DNA of 37,625 bases from positions 1 to 37,625 of the forward strand of contig JAQVMG010000002.1 of NCBI GenBank assembly GCA_028703755.1. The letters are read 5' to 3'. The position numbers were made by a program, and so were the translations under genes. The notes below the pieces were generated by a model. The model had not been told where the DNA came from, did no database searches, and was given only the letters and a program-made list of their open reading frames with translations. This document shows, in pieces, positions 17,902-27,509 of the stretch. The stretch's first letter is position 1; every line of letters begins with the position of its first letter. The stretch comes from Thermoplasmata archaeon. GTDB lineage: Archaea > Thermoplasmatota > Thermoplasmata > SG8-5.

Positions 17902-18300
17902 ATGAAGGGATTGGCAGGAAAGCAGACAAGGGGGATACCCACCGGTGCCCAGCTTGACTGCATTGACAACACAGGCGCCAAAATAGTGGAAGTAATCGCA
18001 GTGCCCAAATACCACGGAACCCACCGAAGGTATCCGGCAGCCGGAATCGGCGACCTGATCATAGTGAGCGTGAAGAAGGGCACCCCGGAAATGAGGCGCC
18101 AGGTGCTTCACGCAGTGATTGTCAGGCAGCGCAGGCCCTTCAGGCGCTCGGACGGGACCATGGTCCAGTTCGAAGACAACGCAGTCGTGATAACTGCGGA
18201 CAACGGCGAGACCAAGGGAACTGACATAAAGGGACCGGTCGCGAGGGAAGCCGCCGAAAGGTGGCCCCGCATAGCAGCTACAGCTTCAACCATCGTGTGA
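17902..18300 (+). CDS. rpl14: 50S ribosomal protein uL14
   Basis: I recognise [27 protein letters not shown]. The ATG at 17902 is M23 of the tracked ORF. Confidence 0.95.
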   Translation: MKGLAGKQTRGIPTGAQLDCIDNTGAKIVEVIAVPKYHGTHRRYPAAGIGDLIIVSVKKGTPEMRRQVLHAVIVRQRRPFRRSDGTMVQFEDNAVVITADNGETKGTDIKGPVAREAAERWPRIAATASTIV

Positions 18301-18309
18301 GGGATTAAA

Positions 18310-18702
18310 ATGCCAGCAAGCGTATCATCCAAACAGCCAAGGAAACAGAGAAAGGGGCGTTACAATGCCAAGCCTCACAACAGGCGAAAGCTTATCTCCG
18401 CCCACCTGAGCGGAGAAAGCGGAAACGACCTCATAAGCCAGTACAACTGCCGGGCACTCCCTGTAATAAAGGGCGATGTCGTCCGGATCATGAGGGGAGA
18501 CAAGGAGATAGTCGGCAAAGAGGCCCTGGTCACAGCGATTTACACAAGAGATTTCACAATCGGGTTGGAAGGCATCAATACAAAGAAAGCTGACGGCTCC
18601 GAAATCGCAAGGAAGATTGCCCCATCCAACGTCCTGATAATCAAACTCAACCTTTCAGATCCTAAGAGAAAAGAGAAACTCGACAAGCTGAAGGAGGGAT
18701 AG
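18310..18702 (+). CDS. rpl24: 50S ribosomal protein uL24
   Basis: The KOW motif reads VIKGDVVRIMRGDKEIVGKE, and the gene is in the conserved position. Confidence 0.95.
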   Translation: MPASVSSKQPRKQRKGRYNAKPHNRRKLISAHLSGESGNDLISQYNCRALPVIKGDVVRIMRGDKEIVGKEALVTAIYTRDFTIGLEGINTKKADGSEIARKIAPSNVLIIKLNLSDPKRKEKLDKLKEG

Positions 18703-18703
18703 A

Positions 18704-19414
18704 ATGAGCAAACACATGAAGAGGCTCGCAGCACCGACATCATGGCCCGTATCGCGCAAGACAAGTGTCTGGATTACCAAACAGACACCCGGAGCGCACC
18801 CGATTGAGAGAAGCGTACCCTTGCTGATAATAATCCGCGACCTGGCAAAATACTGCGACTCAGCCCGCGAAGCAAGGAGAATAATCGGCGGGCGCAAAAT
18901 TATGGTCGACGGAAAAGTGGCCACGAACTACAAGATGCCAGTAGGCATAATGGATGTCATATCCGTTCCTGAGAACAAAGATCATTTCAGACTTCTCCTC
19001 GACCGCCTCGGACATTTCAGGCTGATGAGAATCACCCCCGAGGAAGCCAAGTGGAAGCTAGTTCGGATCGAGAACAAGACCAGCATCAGGGATGGCAAGA
19101 TTCAGCTAAACCTCCATGACGGCAGGAATATCATTCTGGATAAGAATGCAAGGAAAACAGGCGATACCCTGAAAATCTCGCTTCCGGACCAGAAGATTCT
19201 CGGCGCCCATAAGTTCAAGGAAGGTTCTACAGCTTACCTTACCGGAGGCGCACACATAGGTCAACTCGCCACGGTCCAGGAAATGACCGTGACCAGAAGC
19301 TCCGCGGCCAATATAGTCAAGTTCAAGGACGGTTTCTCGACAGTGAAAGACTATGTGTTCATCGTCGGCGAAGAGACCTCAGACATCGCTCTGCCCGAGG
19401 TGAGCTCATTATGA
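18704..19414 (+). CDS. rps4e: 30S ribosomal protein eS4
   Basis: I recognise MSKHMKRLAAPTSWPVSRK, and the gene is in the conserved position. Confidence 0.95.
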   Translation: MSKHMKRLAAPTSWPVSRKTSVWITKQTPGAHPIERSVPLLIIIRDLAKYCDSAREARRIIGGRKIMVDGKVATNYKMPVGIMDVISVPENKDHFRLLLDRLGHFRLMRITPEEAKWKLVRIENKTSIRDGKIQLNLHDGRNIILDKNARKTGDTLKISLPDQKILGAHKFKEGSTAYLTGGAHIGQLATVQEMTVTRSSAANIVKFKDGFSTVKDYVFIVGEETSDIALPEVSSL

Positions 19415-19938
19415 CGAAGACCGGGGCAAGCGGCAAGATGAGAATCATTCGGATTCAGAAAGCCGTTGTAAACATCGGCGTCGGCGAGGCCGGCGAGAAC
19501 CTCGAGAAAGCGGAGAAGGTTCTGGGCATGCTAACAAAATGCACGCCCGTCCGCACAAATTCCAAAACGACCAACAGGGAATGGGGCATCAGGCAGGGCA
19601 TGCCTATCGGCTGCAAGGTGACCCTCCGCGGCAAAGCTGCCGAGGAGTTCATCGCAAGGGCATTCTGGGTGAAGGAGAACCGCATTGCAGATTACTCTTT
19701 TGACCAGGAAGGTAACTTCTCTTTCGGAATCAACGATTACACCGATTTCGAGGGCATGAAGTATGATCCCCAGATAGGCATTCTGGGAATGGATGTCTGT
19801 GTCACCCTCACAAGGCCGGGCAGGAGAGTTGCCCTGAGGAACATATCCCCGAGGAAGCTCCCGCCCAAGCAGCGCATCACCAAGGAAGAGGGCATCACAT
19901 TTGTAAAGAACAAATTCAAAGTTGAGGTGATGTCTTGA
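19411..19938 (+). CDS. rpl5: 50S ribosomal protein uL5
   Basis: I recognise IQKAVVNIGVGEAG and GMDVCVTL. The start has an ATGA overlap with eS4. Confidence 0.95.
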   Translation: MTKTGASGKMRIIRIQKAVVNIGVGEAGENLEKAEKVLGMLTKCTPVRTNSKTTNREWGIRQGMPIGCKVTLRGKAAEEFIARAFWVKENRIADYSFDQEGNFSFGINDYTDFEGMKYDPQIGILGMDVCVTLTRPGRRVALRNISPRKLPPKQRITKEEGITFVKNKFKVEVMS

Positions 19939-19975
19939 TTACGATCGGAGATTCCCTGAAGTGGGAGGTGTCTGA

Positions 19976-20122
19976 ATGAAACCAAAGAAGCTCTTTGGAA
20001 GGAAGATTGGATGCAGGCGGTGCGGCCGGAAGCGCGGAATGGTGCGCAGGTACGGTCTCAGGCTCTGCAGGCAATGCTTCAGGGACATGGCGCCCAAGAT
20101 CGGATTCAAGAAATATTCCTAG
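19976..20122 (+). CDS. rps14: 30S ribosomal protein uS14 (zinc-ribbon type), 48 aa; not in the ORF track
   Basis: My own translation is [48 protein letters not shown], with CxxC...CxxC. A GGAGGTG SD lies at 19962-19968. The gene sits in the expected slot between uL5 and uS8. Confidence 0.92.
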   Translation: MKPKKLFGRKIGCRRCGRKRGMVRRYGLRLCRQCFRDMAPKIGFKKYS

Positions 20123-20134
20123 GAGGATGAAAGA

Positions 20135-20524
20135 ATGCAACATGACCCGTTGAATGATGCGATGTCGCAGATAAAGAATGCCGAGTCAGTCGGAAAGAAG
20201 GAGTGCATCATAAACCCCTCCTCCAAGCTGATAGGCAGAGTCCTCAAGATCATGCAGGACGGCAATTACATCTCACAGTTCGAGTACATAGAGGACGGAA
20301 GGGCAGGCTCCTTCCGCGTAGTGTTGAACGGAAGCATAAACGGTTGCGGCGTTATCAAGCCGAGGTTCGCGGTAAAGAAATCCGACCTGGAAAAATATGA
20401 GTCCAGGTATCTTCCCGCACAGGACTTCGGACTGCTGATTCTGACGACCACAAAAGGAGTCATCAACCACACCGAGGCCAAGAGACAGGGTCTCGGCGGA
20501 AGATTGCTGGCTTATGTGTACTGA
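20135..20524 (+). CDS. rps8: 30S ribosomal protein uS8
   Basis: I recognise [14 protein letters not shown]. An AGGAGG SD precedes the ATG. Confidence 0.95.
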   Translation: MQHDPLNDAMSQIKNAESVGKKECIINPSSKLIGRVLKIMQDGNYISQFEYIEDGRAGSFRVVLNGSINGCGVIKPRFAVKKSDLEKYESRYLPAQDFGLLILTTTKGVINHTEAKRQGLGGRLLAYVY

Positions 20525-20602
20525 GGTGATGGCCATGACGACAATATTACCAGCATCCGAAAATCCGCTCACTCAAGATCACACCCCCACGGAGGTGGCA
20601 TA

Positions 20603-21154
20603 ATGCCGGTTTCAGGACAGGGAAAAGACATAGTTGAGATACCTAAGGGCGTCAATGTCCAGGTTGAGGCAATGAAAGTCACAGTGACAGGGCCGAAAGG
20701 CACCCAGACCAGGACCTTCCCGACATCCAGGATAAAGATTGCCAGGGACGGCGACAACATACTGCTGACCTGCATACTTCCGAAAAGGAAGGAATATGCC
20801 CTTCAGGGCACTATCAGGGCCCATATAAACAACATGATCGAGGGCGTCACCACAGGATTTGAGTATAAGATGAAAATTGTATACTCGCACTTTCCGATAA
20901 AGGTCGCAATTAAAGGAACTGAGTTCGTAATCGACAATTTCCTTGGCGAGAAATTCCCCCGAAGGGCGAGCATTCTTGGAGACACCAAAGTCACAGTGAA
21001 AGGCGACGAGGTCATCCTGACAGGCACAAATGTGGAACTTGTAGGGCAGACCGCGGCCAATATCGAACAGGCAACCATCATCAAGGAATATGACCCCAGG
21101 AAGTTCCAGGATGGCATTTACATAGTCAAGAAAGGAGGTAAGGCAGATGCCTGA
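20603..21154 (+). CDS. rpl6: 50S ribosomal protein uL6
   Basis: I recognise IPKGVNVQVEAMKVTVTGPKG. A GGAGGTGG SD precedes the ATG. Confidence 0.95.
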   Translation: MPVSGQGKDIVEIPKGVNVQVEAMKVTVTGPKGTQTRTFPTSRIKIARDGDNILLTCILPKRKEYALQGTIRAHINNMIEGVTTGFEYKMKIVYSHFPIKVAIKGTEFVIDNFLGEKFPRRASILGDTKVTVKGDEVILTGTNVELVGQTAANIEQATIIKEYDPRKFQDGIYIVKKGGKADA

Positions 21155-21734
21155 AGACAGCAAAGCCAAGAAGAGCGCAGTGAAAGAACCTGTCGAACCC
21201 AAGACAGAGACTGAAAAGCCCTCCAAAACGGCAAAGAAACCAAAGGAGGAGAAGTACAAGCCCAGGGCAAAGCCCGACATCACTGCGGAGGAGAAAATCG
21301 CCTTCAACCTCAGAAACGACAAGAGCCGCAACAGGCCCGAATTCCACAGACAGGAATGGTTCAGATACCTGAGGGTCGGAGACAAGTGGAGAAAACCCCG
21401 CGGCATTCACTCGAAGATGAGAAGGCATTATGGTTACAGGCCCAACATTGTGGCAATCGGCTACAGAGGGCCAAAAGCCGCCAGGGGCAAGCATCCCTCA
21501 GGATTCGACGAGGTAATAATTTACAACCTGAAGGAGATGGAAGGCCTCAACCCAAAAAAGCAGGCTATCAGGATAGGCCACTCTGTTGGATACCTCAAGA
21601 GAATGCACATCGCTATCCTCGCGGATGAAATGGAACTGCGCATACTCAACTTCAACCGTGAAACTCATGACGAGCTTCTGGCCGAGGCCAAGAAGCGCGG
21701 CATATCTCTCCCGTCAAAGGAGGGAGGCAAATGA
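21147..21734 (+). CDS. rpl32e: 50S ribosomal protein eL32 (K/E/P-rich N-terminal extension)
   Basis: The core reads WRKPRGIHSKMRRHYGYRP...GYRGPKAARGKHPSGF. Confidence 0.93.
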   Translation: MPEDSKAKKSAVKEPVEPKTETEKPSKTAKKPKEEKYKPRAKPDITAEEKIAFNLRNDKSRNRPEFHRQEWFRYLRVGDKWRKPRGIHSKMRRHYGYRPNIVAIGYRGPKAARGKHPSGFDEVIIYNLKEMEGLNPKKQAIRIGHSVGYLKRMHIAILADEMELRILNFNRETHDELLAEAKKRGISLPSKEGGK

Positions 21735-22228
21735 ATCTTACCAACCAGAGAAGGATGGCCGCACAGATATTGAAATGCGGCGAGAACCGGGTATGGATTG
21801 ACCCGGACCCAGACAACATGAAACAGGTGGCCGACTGCATCACACGCGCAGACATCCGCATGGCAATAAACTGGGGATTAATCCAGGCAAAGCAGAAACA
21901 GGGCAAATCCACAGGAAGGATAAAGCAGGCGCTTGCCCAGAAGAAGAAGGGCAGGCAGCGCGGGCCGGGCAGCCGCAAGGGCGGCAAATATGCCAGGACA
22001 CCAAGGAAGCGCGCATGGATACGCAAAATCCGGCCGCTGAGGATCCGTCTGAAGGAGCTTAAGGAACAGGGTGCAATTGACAACCGCACATACCGCCAGT
22101 TCTATATGCAGGCAAAGGGCGGCATGTTCAAAAACAAGGCCCACCTGATAACCCAGCTCAAGCTGCAGGGGTACCTTAAGGAGGAACCCAAACCGGTTCA
22201 GGCACAGACCACGCAGGAGGCGAATTAA
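21731..22228 (+). CDS. rpl19e: 50S ribosomal protein eL19
   Basis: I recognise NLTNQRRMAAQILKCGENRVWIDPD. Confidence 0.95.
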   Translation: MNLTNQRRMAAQILKCGENRVWIDPDPDNMKQVADCITRADIRMAINWGLIQAKQKQGKSTGRIKQALAQKKKGRQRGPGSRKGGKYARTPRKRAWIRKIRPLRIRLKELKEQGAIDNRTYRQFYMQAKGGMFKNKAHLITQLKLQGYLKEEPKPVQAQTTQEAN

Positions 22229-22230
22229 TC

Positions 22231-22731
22231 ATGGCAACAGGACCCAGATATCATGTACAGTTCAGACGGAGAAGGCAGGGCCGCACGGATTACAGGATGA
22301 GAAAGAGGCTGGTTTCCTCCGGATTGCCAAGGGCGGTAGTCAGATGCACCTCCAAGAACATCACAGTCCAGTTCATCGATTTCAAGCCCCAGGGCGATAT
22401 CGTACTGGCCGCAGCCACAACGAAGGAGCTCGGAAAGTTAGGCTGGAACCATGCCACAGGCAATCTTCCCTCGGCATATCTCGCAGGATTCATGGCCGGT
22501 AAGAGAGCAACCAAGGCCGGAGTCGGCAAAGCCGTTCTGGACATGGGCCTCAAGCCCCCGATGAAGGGCACAAAGGTCTTTGCAGCCCTGAAAGGCATGC
22601 TGGATGCCGGCGTAGAAATCCCCCACGGTGAGGATGTTCTCCCCTCGGAGGAACGAATCTCCGGTGCCCATATCGGTGAGGATATTCCCAAGATGTTCGA
22701 AACTGTTTCAAACAAGATCAAGGAGGCCTGA
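22231..22731 (+). CDS. rpl18: 50S ribosomal protein uL18
   Basis: I recognise [21 protein letters not shown]. Confidence 0.95.
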   Translation: MATGPRYHVQFRRRRQGRTDYRMRKRLVSSGLPRAVVRCTSKNITVQFIDFKPQGDIVLAAATTKELGKLGWNHATGNLPSAYLAGFMAGKRATKAGVGKAVLDMGLKPPMKGTKVFAALKGMLDAGVEIPHGEDVLPSEERISGAHIGEDIPKMFETVSNKIKEA

Positions 22732-22733
22732 AC

Positions 22734-23786
22734 ATGGCAGGACCAGGACAGAGAGGAGGCGGCGGCAGCACACCCGGCGGACCGAGACGCGGACCCCCAG
22801 GCGGACAGAGAGGCGGACCCCCGGGCGGACAGAGAGGTGGCGCACCGAGAGGACCGCCGAAAGGCGGACGCAGCCAGAGGCGCCCGGACGACACTAAATC
22901 AAATGTCGCATGGGTGCCGAAGACCAAGCTCGGAAAGCTTGTGTATTCGGGCAAGATCACAACCATGAGCGATGCACTCGCGACTAGGCTTCCGATCAAG
23001 GAACCGGAGGTTGTGGATATCCTGCTTCCCGAACTCATGGATGAGGTTCTTGACGTGAACATGGTCCAGAGGATGACAGACTCCGGCCGAAGAGTCAGGT
23101 TCGCTATCACGGCTGTCGTCGGCAACGGCGACGGATTCGTGGGAATGGGCCGTGCAAAAGGCAAGGAAGTCGGTCCCGCCATACGCAACGCCATCGACAA
23201 AGCCAAGCTGAACATGATAGAAGTGAAGCGCGGCTGCGGTTCATGGGAATGCGGCTGCGGAACCCCGCACACTGTGCCTTTTGCCGTTTCAGGCAAATGC
23301 GGTTCCGTTGTTGTGACGCTCAAACCGGCGCCAAGAGGCGTAGGCCTCGCGCTCGGAGACATCGCAAAGAAAGTCGTTACAATGGCCGGGATAAAGGATT
23401 CCTGGGGCCTCACCAAAGGCCACACCAAGACCACTGTGAACTACAGCGTTGCGGCATTCGAGGCGCTCAAGGCGACTTCACGCGTGAAGGTCACTTCAAC
23501 CCAGGCAAAGAACCTTCACATTCTCAGCGGGCCTGTAAGCCAGGTCTATCTGGACACCTCTCCTGAGGAGATGGCGAGGATTATCGAGGAGAAGAAGGCC
23601 AAAGCCAGGGAACTCGAGCTCAGGGAAAAGGAGCTTGCCGCCGACGCGGATGCGACAGGAAGGAAGCTCAGAGCCAAGAAGAAGATAGAGATAATCGAAG
23701 CCACACCGATAGTGGATGTCCTCCAGGACCCCACCGAGGAACCGGTTGCCGGCGCCGATGCAAAGAAGGATGGTGAATCCAAATGA
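22734..23786 (+). CDS. rps5: 30S ribosomal protein uS5, enlarged to 350 aa by an RGG/PGG-repeat N-terminus and a charged ~100-aa C-terminal extension
   Basis: The S5 core reads [35 protein letters not shown]...[16 protein letters not shown]. Both extensions are read directly from the ORF. Confidence 0.93.
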   Translation: MAGPGQRGGGGSTPGGPRRGPPGGQRGGPPGGQRGGAPRGPPKGGRSQRRPDDTKSNVAWVPKTKLGKLVYSGKITTMSDALATRLPIKEPEVVDILLPELMDEVLDVNMVQRMTDSGRRVRFAITAVVGNGDGFVGMGRAKGKEVGPAIRNAIDKAKLNMIEVKRGCGSWECGCGTPHTVPFAVSGKCGSVVVTLKPAPRGVGLALGDIAKKVVTMAGIKDSWGLTKGHTKTTVNYSVAAFEALKATSRVKVTSTQAKNLHILSGPVSQVYLDTSPEEMARIIEEKKAKARELELREKELAADADATGRKLRAKKKIEIIEATPIVDVLQDPTEEPVAGADAKKDGESK

Positions 23787-24463
23787 TTCGCGCAGTAATA
23801 AGACTGAGAAGTTCAATAAACGCAAATCCCGATGTGAGACTCACACTGCAGTCGTTAAGGCTCAACAGGGTGAATCACTGCGTCCTGATACCGGACAGCA
23901 ACACCTACAACGGGATGCTCCAGACAGCAAAGGATTACATAACCTGGGGCGAGATCAAAACGGATGTACTCACTAACATGATAATAAAGCGCGGCCGCCT
24001 CGAGGGCGACAGGCCGGTCACCAACCAGTACATCAAGGAAAACACGAAGCATGAGTCTCTGATTAAATTCGCCGAGGCAGTCACCTCGGGAACCTGTAAG
24101 TACACCGACCTGAAGGAAGTGAAACCTATTTTCAGGCTTCACCCCCCCAGGCAGGGCTTCGAAGGCATAAAGCGGTCATTCAACGACCGCGGCTCACTCG
24201 GGTACAGGGGAGAGGCGATTAACGACCTCATCCTGAAGATGCTTGACGCACCGGCCAAGAAGAAAGAGAAGCCGGCCAAGAAATCCCCTGCGCCGATAAC
24301 AGTCATGCCTCAGGAAGCTCCGAAGAAAGCGAAACCCGCAGCGGCACCGAAGAAGGCTGAAAAACCGGCAGAGAAGAAATCTCCGGCCAAGAAAGCCCCG
24401 ACCGATGCCCCGAAGAAGGCCCCTGCCAAAAAAGCTGCAACACCCAAGGGGGAGTCTAAATGA
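23783..24463 (+). CDS. rpl30: 50S ribosomal protein uL30 with a ~75-aa K/A/P-rich C-terminal tail
   Basis: I recognise [26 protein letters not shown]. The tail runs ...[15 protein letters not shown]...[16 protein letters not shown]. Confidence 0.93.
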   Translation: MIRAVIRLRSSINANPDVRLTLQSLRLNRVNHCVLIPDSNTYNGMLQTAKDYITWGEIKTDVLTNMIIKRGRLEGDRPVTNQYIKENTKHESLIKFAEAVTSGTCKYTDLKEVKPIFRLHPPRQGFEGIKRSFNDRGSLGYRGEAINDLILKMLDAPAKKKEKPAKKSPAPITVMPQEAPKKAKPAAAPKKAEKPAEKKSPAKKAPTDAPKKAPAKKAATPKGESK

Positions 24464-24897
24464 GGCGAAAGACCGAGAAATACAGGGGGCGCAGGACCCA
24501 CGGCCGCGGCAAGAAGGGCGGCAGAGGCGCAGGCCTCCGCGGCGGAAAGGGAAATGCAGGCCTTCACAAACACAAATACCTCTACACGGTGAAATACGAC
24601 CCGTTCCACTTCGGAAGATACGGCTTCAAGCGTCACGCCTCGCTCGAGGATGAGAAAGTGACGATAAATGTGGGCAACATCCAGAGTGAACTGCCCACAT
24701 ATCTGGAGAACGGCATGGCCAAGAAGAGCGACAAAGGCATCCTGATCGATCTGACCCAGTCCGAATACAACAAGCTCCTGGGAGGCGGAAGCATTAAAAC
24801 ACCCGTCACAATCAGGGTTCACGAAGCCACCGCCATGGCCAAGCAGAAAGTCGAGGCTGCTGGGGGCAAGGTAGAGGTCCCCGAAAATGATGAGTGA
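24460..24897 (+). CDS. rpl15: 50S ribosomal protein uL15
   Basis: I recognise RGRRTHGRGKKGGRGAGLRGGKGNAG. Confidence 0.95.
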   Translation: MRRKTEKYRGRRTHGRGKKGGRGAGLRGGKGNAGLHKHKYLYTVKYDPFHFGRYGFKRHASLEDEKVTINVGNIQSELPTYLENGMAKKSDKGILIDLTQSEYNKLLGGGSIKTPVTIRVHEATAMAKQKVEAAGGKVEVPENDE

Positions 24898-26450
24898 TGC
24901 ACATGACTGAGGGTGAATCCAAGAGTCTGCTGTACAAACTGAAGCCCATCTATACAAGGCTTCCGTCCATCAAGAAGCCGGACGGCCACGTCCATTTCAA
25001 GACAAAGATGTTCTGGCTAGTTCTGATTCTCATACTCTATTTCATTCTCACAAATGTTATGATTTACGGTCTCGACCAGGAGAAAACCATCGACCTTTTC
25101 GAGAGCTACCGTGCAATCATGGCAGGCGCTCAGGGTTCGCTGATGCATCTTGGTATCGGCCCGATAGTTACCGGTTCAATCATAATGCAGCTCTTCGTGG
25201 GCGCCAAGATAATCAAATTGGACCTCAAGGATTCAGAGGACAAGGCAGTTTACCAGGGAGTTCAGAAATTTCTCGTCATAATTATGATAGTCGTTGAGGC
25301 GGTTCCCCAGGTATACGGTTATCTGATACCCTCGACGAATTTAGATGCCAATATCGGTGCCAATTGGGCCAAGATACTTATTATAGCCCAACTCTGTTTC
25401 GGAAGCTATCTCGTATTCCTCATGGACGAAACAGTTTCCAAGTGGGGCATCGGAAGCGGTATCTCTCTGTTCATTGCAGCAGGAGTAGCTCAGCAGATGT
25501 TCACCGGAACACTGAACTGGATGCCGGTTGACAGCAGCCTGCCCACAAGTTTATCAAATCCGCCTGCAGGCACAATCATGAAGACCGTTTACTTCTACAC
25601 CCACGTATCTTCCGGCAACATGTCAGGCGGTTATTTCGAGCAACTCCTGATTCAGCAGCCCAATCCTATAGTCGCCCTGTTGGGCACTCTGATCATATTC
25701 TTCTTCGTGGCATATGTCGAATCCGTGCGCATCGAACTCCCGCTCTCGCATGAAAGCGCGAGAGGTGCCAGAGGCCGCTATCCGATCAAACTGATATACG
25801 CATCCAACATCCCTGTCATCCTGATAGCTGCGGTCCTTGCCAACGTCGGCATGTTCGCTATGCTCTTCTGGTCCAATTCATTCTTCTCGAATGTTCCAAT
25901 TCTGGGACACAACCCGATGGTCGGTTACTATCTTGACCAGGGGGGCCAACCGCAGTTGGCGGGAGGTGCGGCATGGTACGTCTCGACGCTGGGAGGGGTG
26001 CAGGACTGGCTCCTACCTATATTCAACGCCGGCTATCTGCCCGAAGGCAAATCCCTGCTCCAGGTGATGGCGAGATTGTTCATCTATCTCACTGTGATGA
26101 TTGTCGGTTCCATCCTGTTCGCCAAGTTCTGGATTGACACCACCAACATGGGCCCGAAGGCCGTTGCTGAGCAGATACAGAACAGCGGCATGCAGATCCC
26201 GGGTTTCAGGCGTGATCCAAGGGTTCTTGAGAAGGTGCTTGAAAGGTACATTCCAGTGGTAACGGTACTCAGCGGTGCGATAGTCGGCGGCCTTGCTGCC
26301 TTCGCGGACATGCTGGGCACTGTGGGCAACTCCAGCGGCACGGGCGTGCTGCTGGCCGTAGGCATCATGATACAGACATACGAAGCCATGGGCCGCGAGC
26401 AGATGATGGAGATGCACCCGGTGCTCAGAGGCTTCTTTGGTGGAGAATAA
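24894..26450 (+). CDS. secY: Preprotein translocase subunit SecY
   Basis: The 518-aa protein has 10 TM segments and recognisable SecY sequence (GIGPIVTGSIIMQL, YASNIPVIL). It sits in the conserved position after uL15. The start is GTG 24894 or ATG 24897. Confidence 0.95.
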   Translation: MMHMTEGESKSLLYKLKPIYTRLPSIKKPDGHVHFKTKMFWLVLILILYFILTNVMIYGLDQEKTIDLFESYRAIMAGAQGSLMHLGIGPIVTGSIIMQLFVGAKIIKLDLKDSEDKAVYQGVQKFLVIIMIVVEAVPQVYGYLIPSTNLDANIGANWAKILIIAQLCFGSYLVFLMDETVSKWGIGSGISLFIAAGVAQQMFTGTLNWMPVDSSLPTSLSNPPAGTIMKTVYFYTHVSSGNMSGGYFEQLLIQQPNPIVALLGTLIIFFFVAYVESVRIELPLSHESARGARGRYPIKLIYASNIPVILIAAVLANVGMFAMLFWSNSFFSNVPILGHNPMVGYYLDQGGQPQLAGGAAWYVSTLGGVQDWLLPIFNAGYLPEGKSLLQVMARLFIYLTVMIVGSILFAKFWIDTTNMGPKAVAEQIQNSGMQIPGFRRDPRVLEKVLERYIPVVTVLSGAIVGGLAAFADMLGTVGNSSGTGVLLAVGIMIQTYEAMGREQMMEMHPVLRGFFGGE

Positions 26451-26489
26451 TAGGTGCTTTTAACCACAGAAGCCACACTATTAGGTTAG

Positions 26490-26727
26490 CAACATGCCCC
26501 GTCTGAATGTTATAATATAGGTAGCTTGAGGGCGGGGTTCTGTTAGTTCATATTATTGAGTGACCGCATATTTGGAGCAAAAACGCATTTTGTTAGCCGG
26601 TTTCGGGTGCCCCGTCTGTAAGGGCGGGGGGGTGAGGTACTCGCCTGGCAGGAAAGCCAGGTGAAACACATTTGTTAACTCTAACAATGAGGCGTCTCAT
26701 TCACCCTTCGCGTTGCTATTGCTTAAA
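26490..26727 (+). repeat. Candidate structured RNA / repeat element, copy A
   Basis: There is no credible ORF. Three GC hairpins are present: 26497-26504/26530-26537, 26610-26617/26622-26629 with a GUAA loop, and 26642-26649/26656-26663. The element aligns by eye over its full length with the reverse complement of 29105-29340. Confidence 0.7.
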
Positions 26728-26787
26728 CAAATGGGTGCGCGCCCTGTCCATTCTAATATAAGGCACTTCCGATAAACTCACCGAAAC

Positions 26788-26796
26788 CTAATATAT
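26788..26796 (+). promoter_or_regulatory. TATA-like box (CTAATATAT) for pyrH; the transcript would be near-leaderless
   Basis: The box lies 27-35 nt upstream of the ATG at 26823. No SD is present. Confidence 0.4.
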
Positions 26797-26822
26797 CCTT
26801 CAACAGATTCCCGGCCGATACC

Positions 26823-27509
26823 ATGGACACAGTCGTAGTTTCTATAGGCGGCTCGATTCTAGTTCCCGACGACGATGACAAGGATTACATCGTGAAGCTG
26901 GCCAAGATGCTGAACCGCATCTCGGGCAAGGTAAGATTGTTCATAGTCGTGGGCGGCGGCCGCATCGCCCGCTACTACATCAAACTGGGCCGCAGCCTGG
27001 GTGCCGATGAATCCTATCTCGATGACATAGGCATCGAGGTCACCAGGCTCAACGCCAGGATGCTGATTATTGCTCTCGGTGAATCTGCGTACCATGTTCC
27101 TGCAGAGACCTTTAACGAGGCACTTTCCGCGGCAAAAAATCACCCGATTGTCATAATGGGCGGCACCCATCCCGGCCACACAACCGACGCAGTCGCAGCC
27201 ATGTTGGGCGAGCGGGCAGGAGCAACCAGGCTGATAAATGCCACATCTGTCAACGGCGTTTACACCGCCGACCCAAAAAAGGACCCAAAGGCCAAAAGGC
27301 TGAAGAAGGTCACGTTCAGCCAGCTTATCGAAATATGTATGAAAGTCGAGCCGGGCGCCGGACCCAATGTGGTCTTCGACCCGCTGGGTGCGAAGATCGT
27401 TGCCAGGTCTGGAATCAAGACCCTGGTCGTGCAGGGCAGAGACCTCGCCGAACTGGAAAAAGCCATCCTGGGCAAGCCGTTCGACGGCACGGTCGTTTCG
27501 GGTGAATGA
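26823..27509 (+). CDS. pyrH: UMP kinase, archaeal type (amino-acid kinase family)
   Basis: I recognise VVVSIGGSILVP, FIVVGGGRIARYY, IMGGTHPGHTTDAVAA and VNGVYTADPKKDP. Confidence 0.9.
   Translation: MDTVVVSIGGSILVPDDDDKDYIVKLAKMLNRISGKVRLFIVVGGGRIARYYIKLGRSLGADESYLDDIGIEVTRLNARMLIIALGESAYHVPAETFNEALSAAKNHPIVIMGGTHPGHTTDAVAAMLGERAGATRLINATSVNGVYTADPKKDPKAKRLKKVTFSQLIEICMKVEPGAGPNVVFDPLGAKIVARSGIKTLVVQGRDLAELEKAILGKPFDGTVVSGE

Noticed and set aside
12162-24957. Large antisense ORFs across the ribosomal cluster (for example 12162..12884, 15783..16424, 17156..17821, 20612..21406, 22718..23434 and 24310..24957, all on the minus strand)
   Set aside because: Each lies opposite a confidently recognised r-protein gene. 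None has a start context or a recognisable sequence. They are typical stop-poor antisense frames of moderately GC-rich coding DNA.
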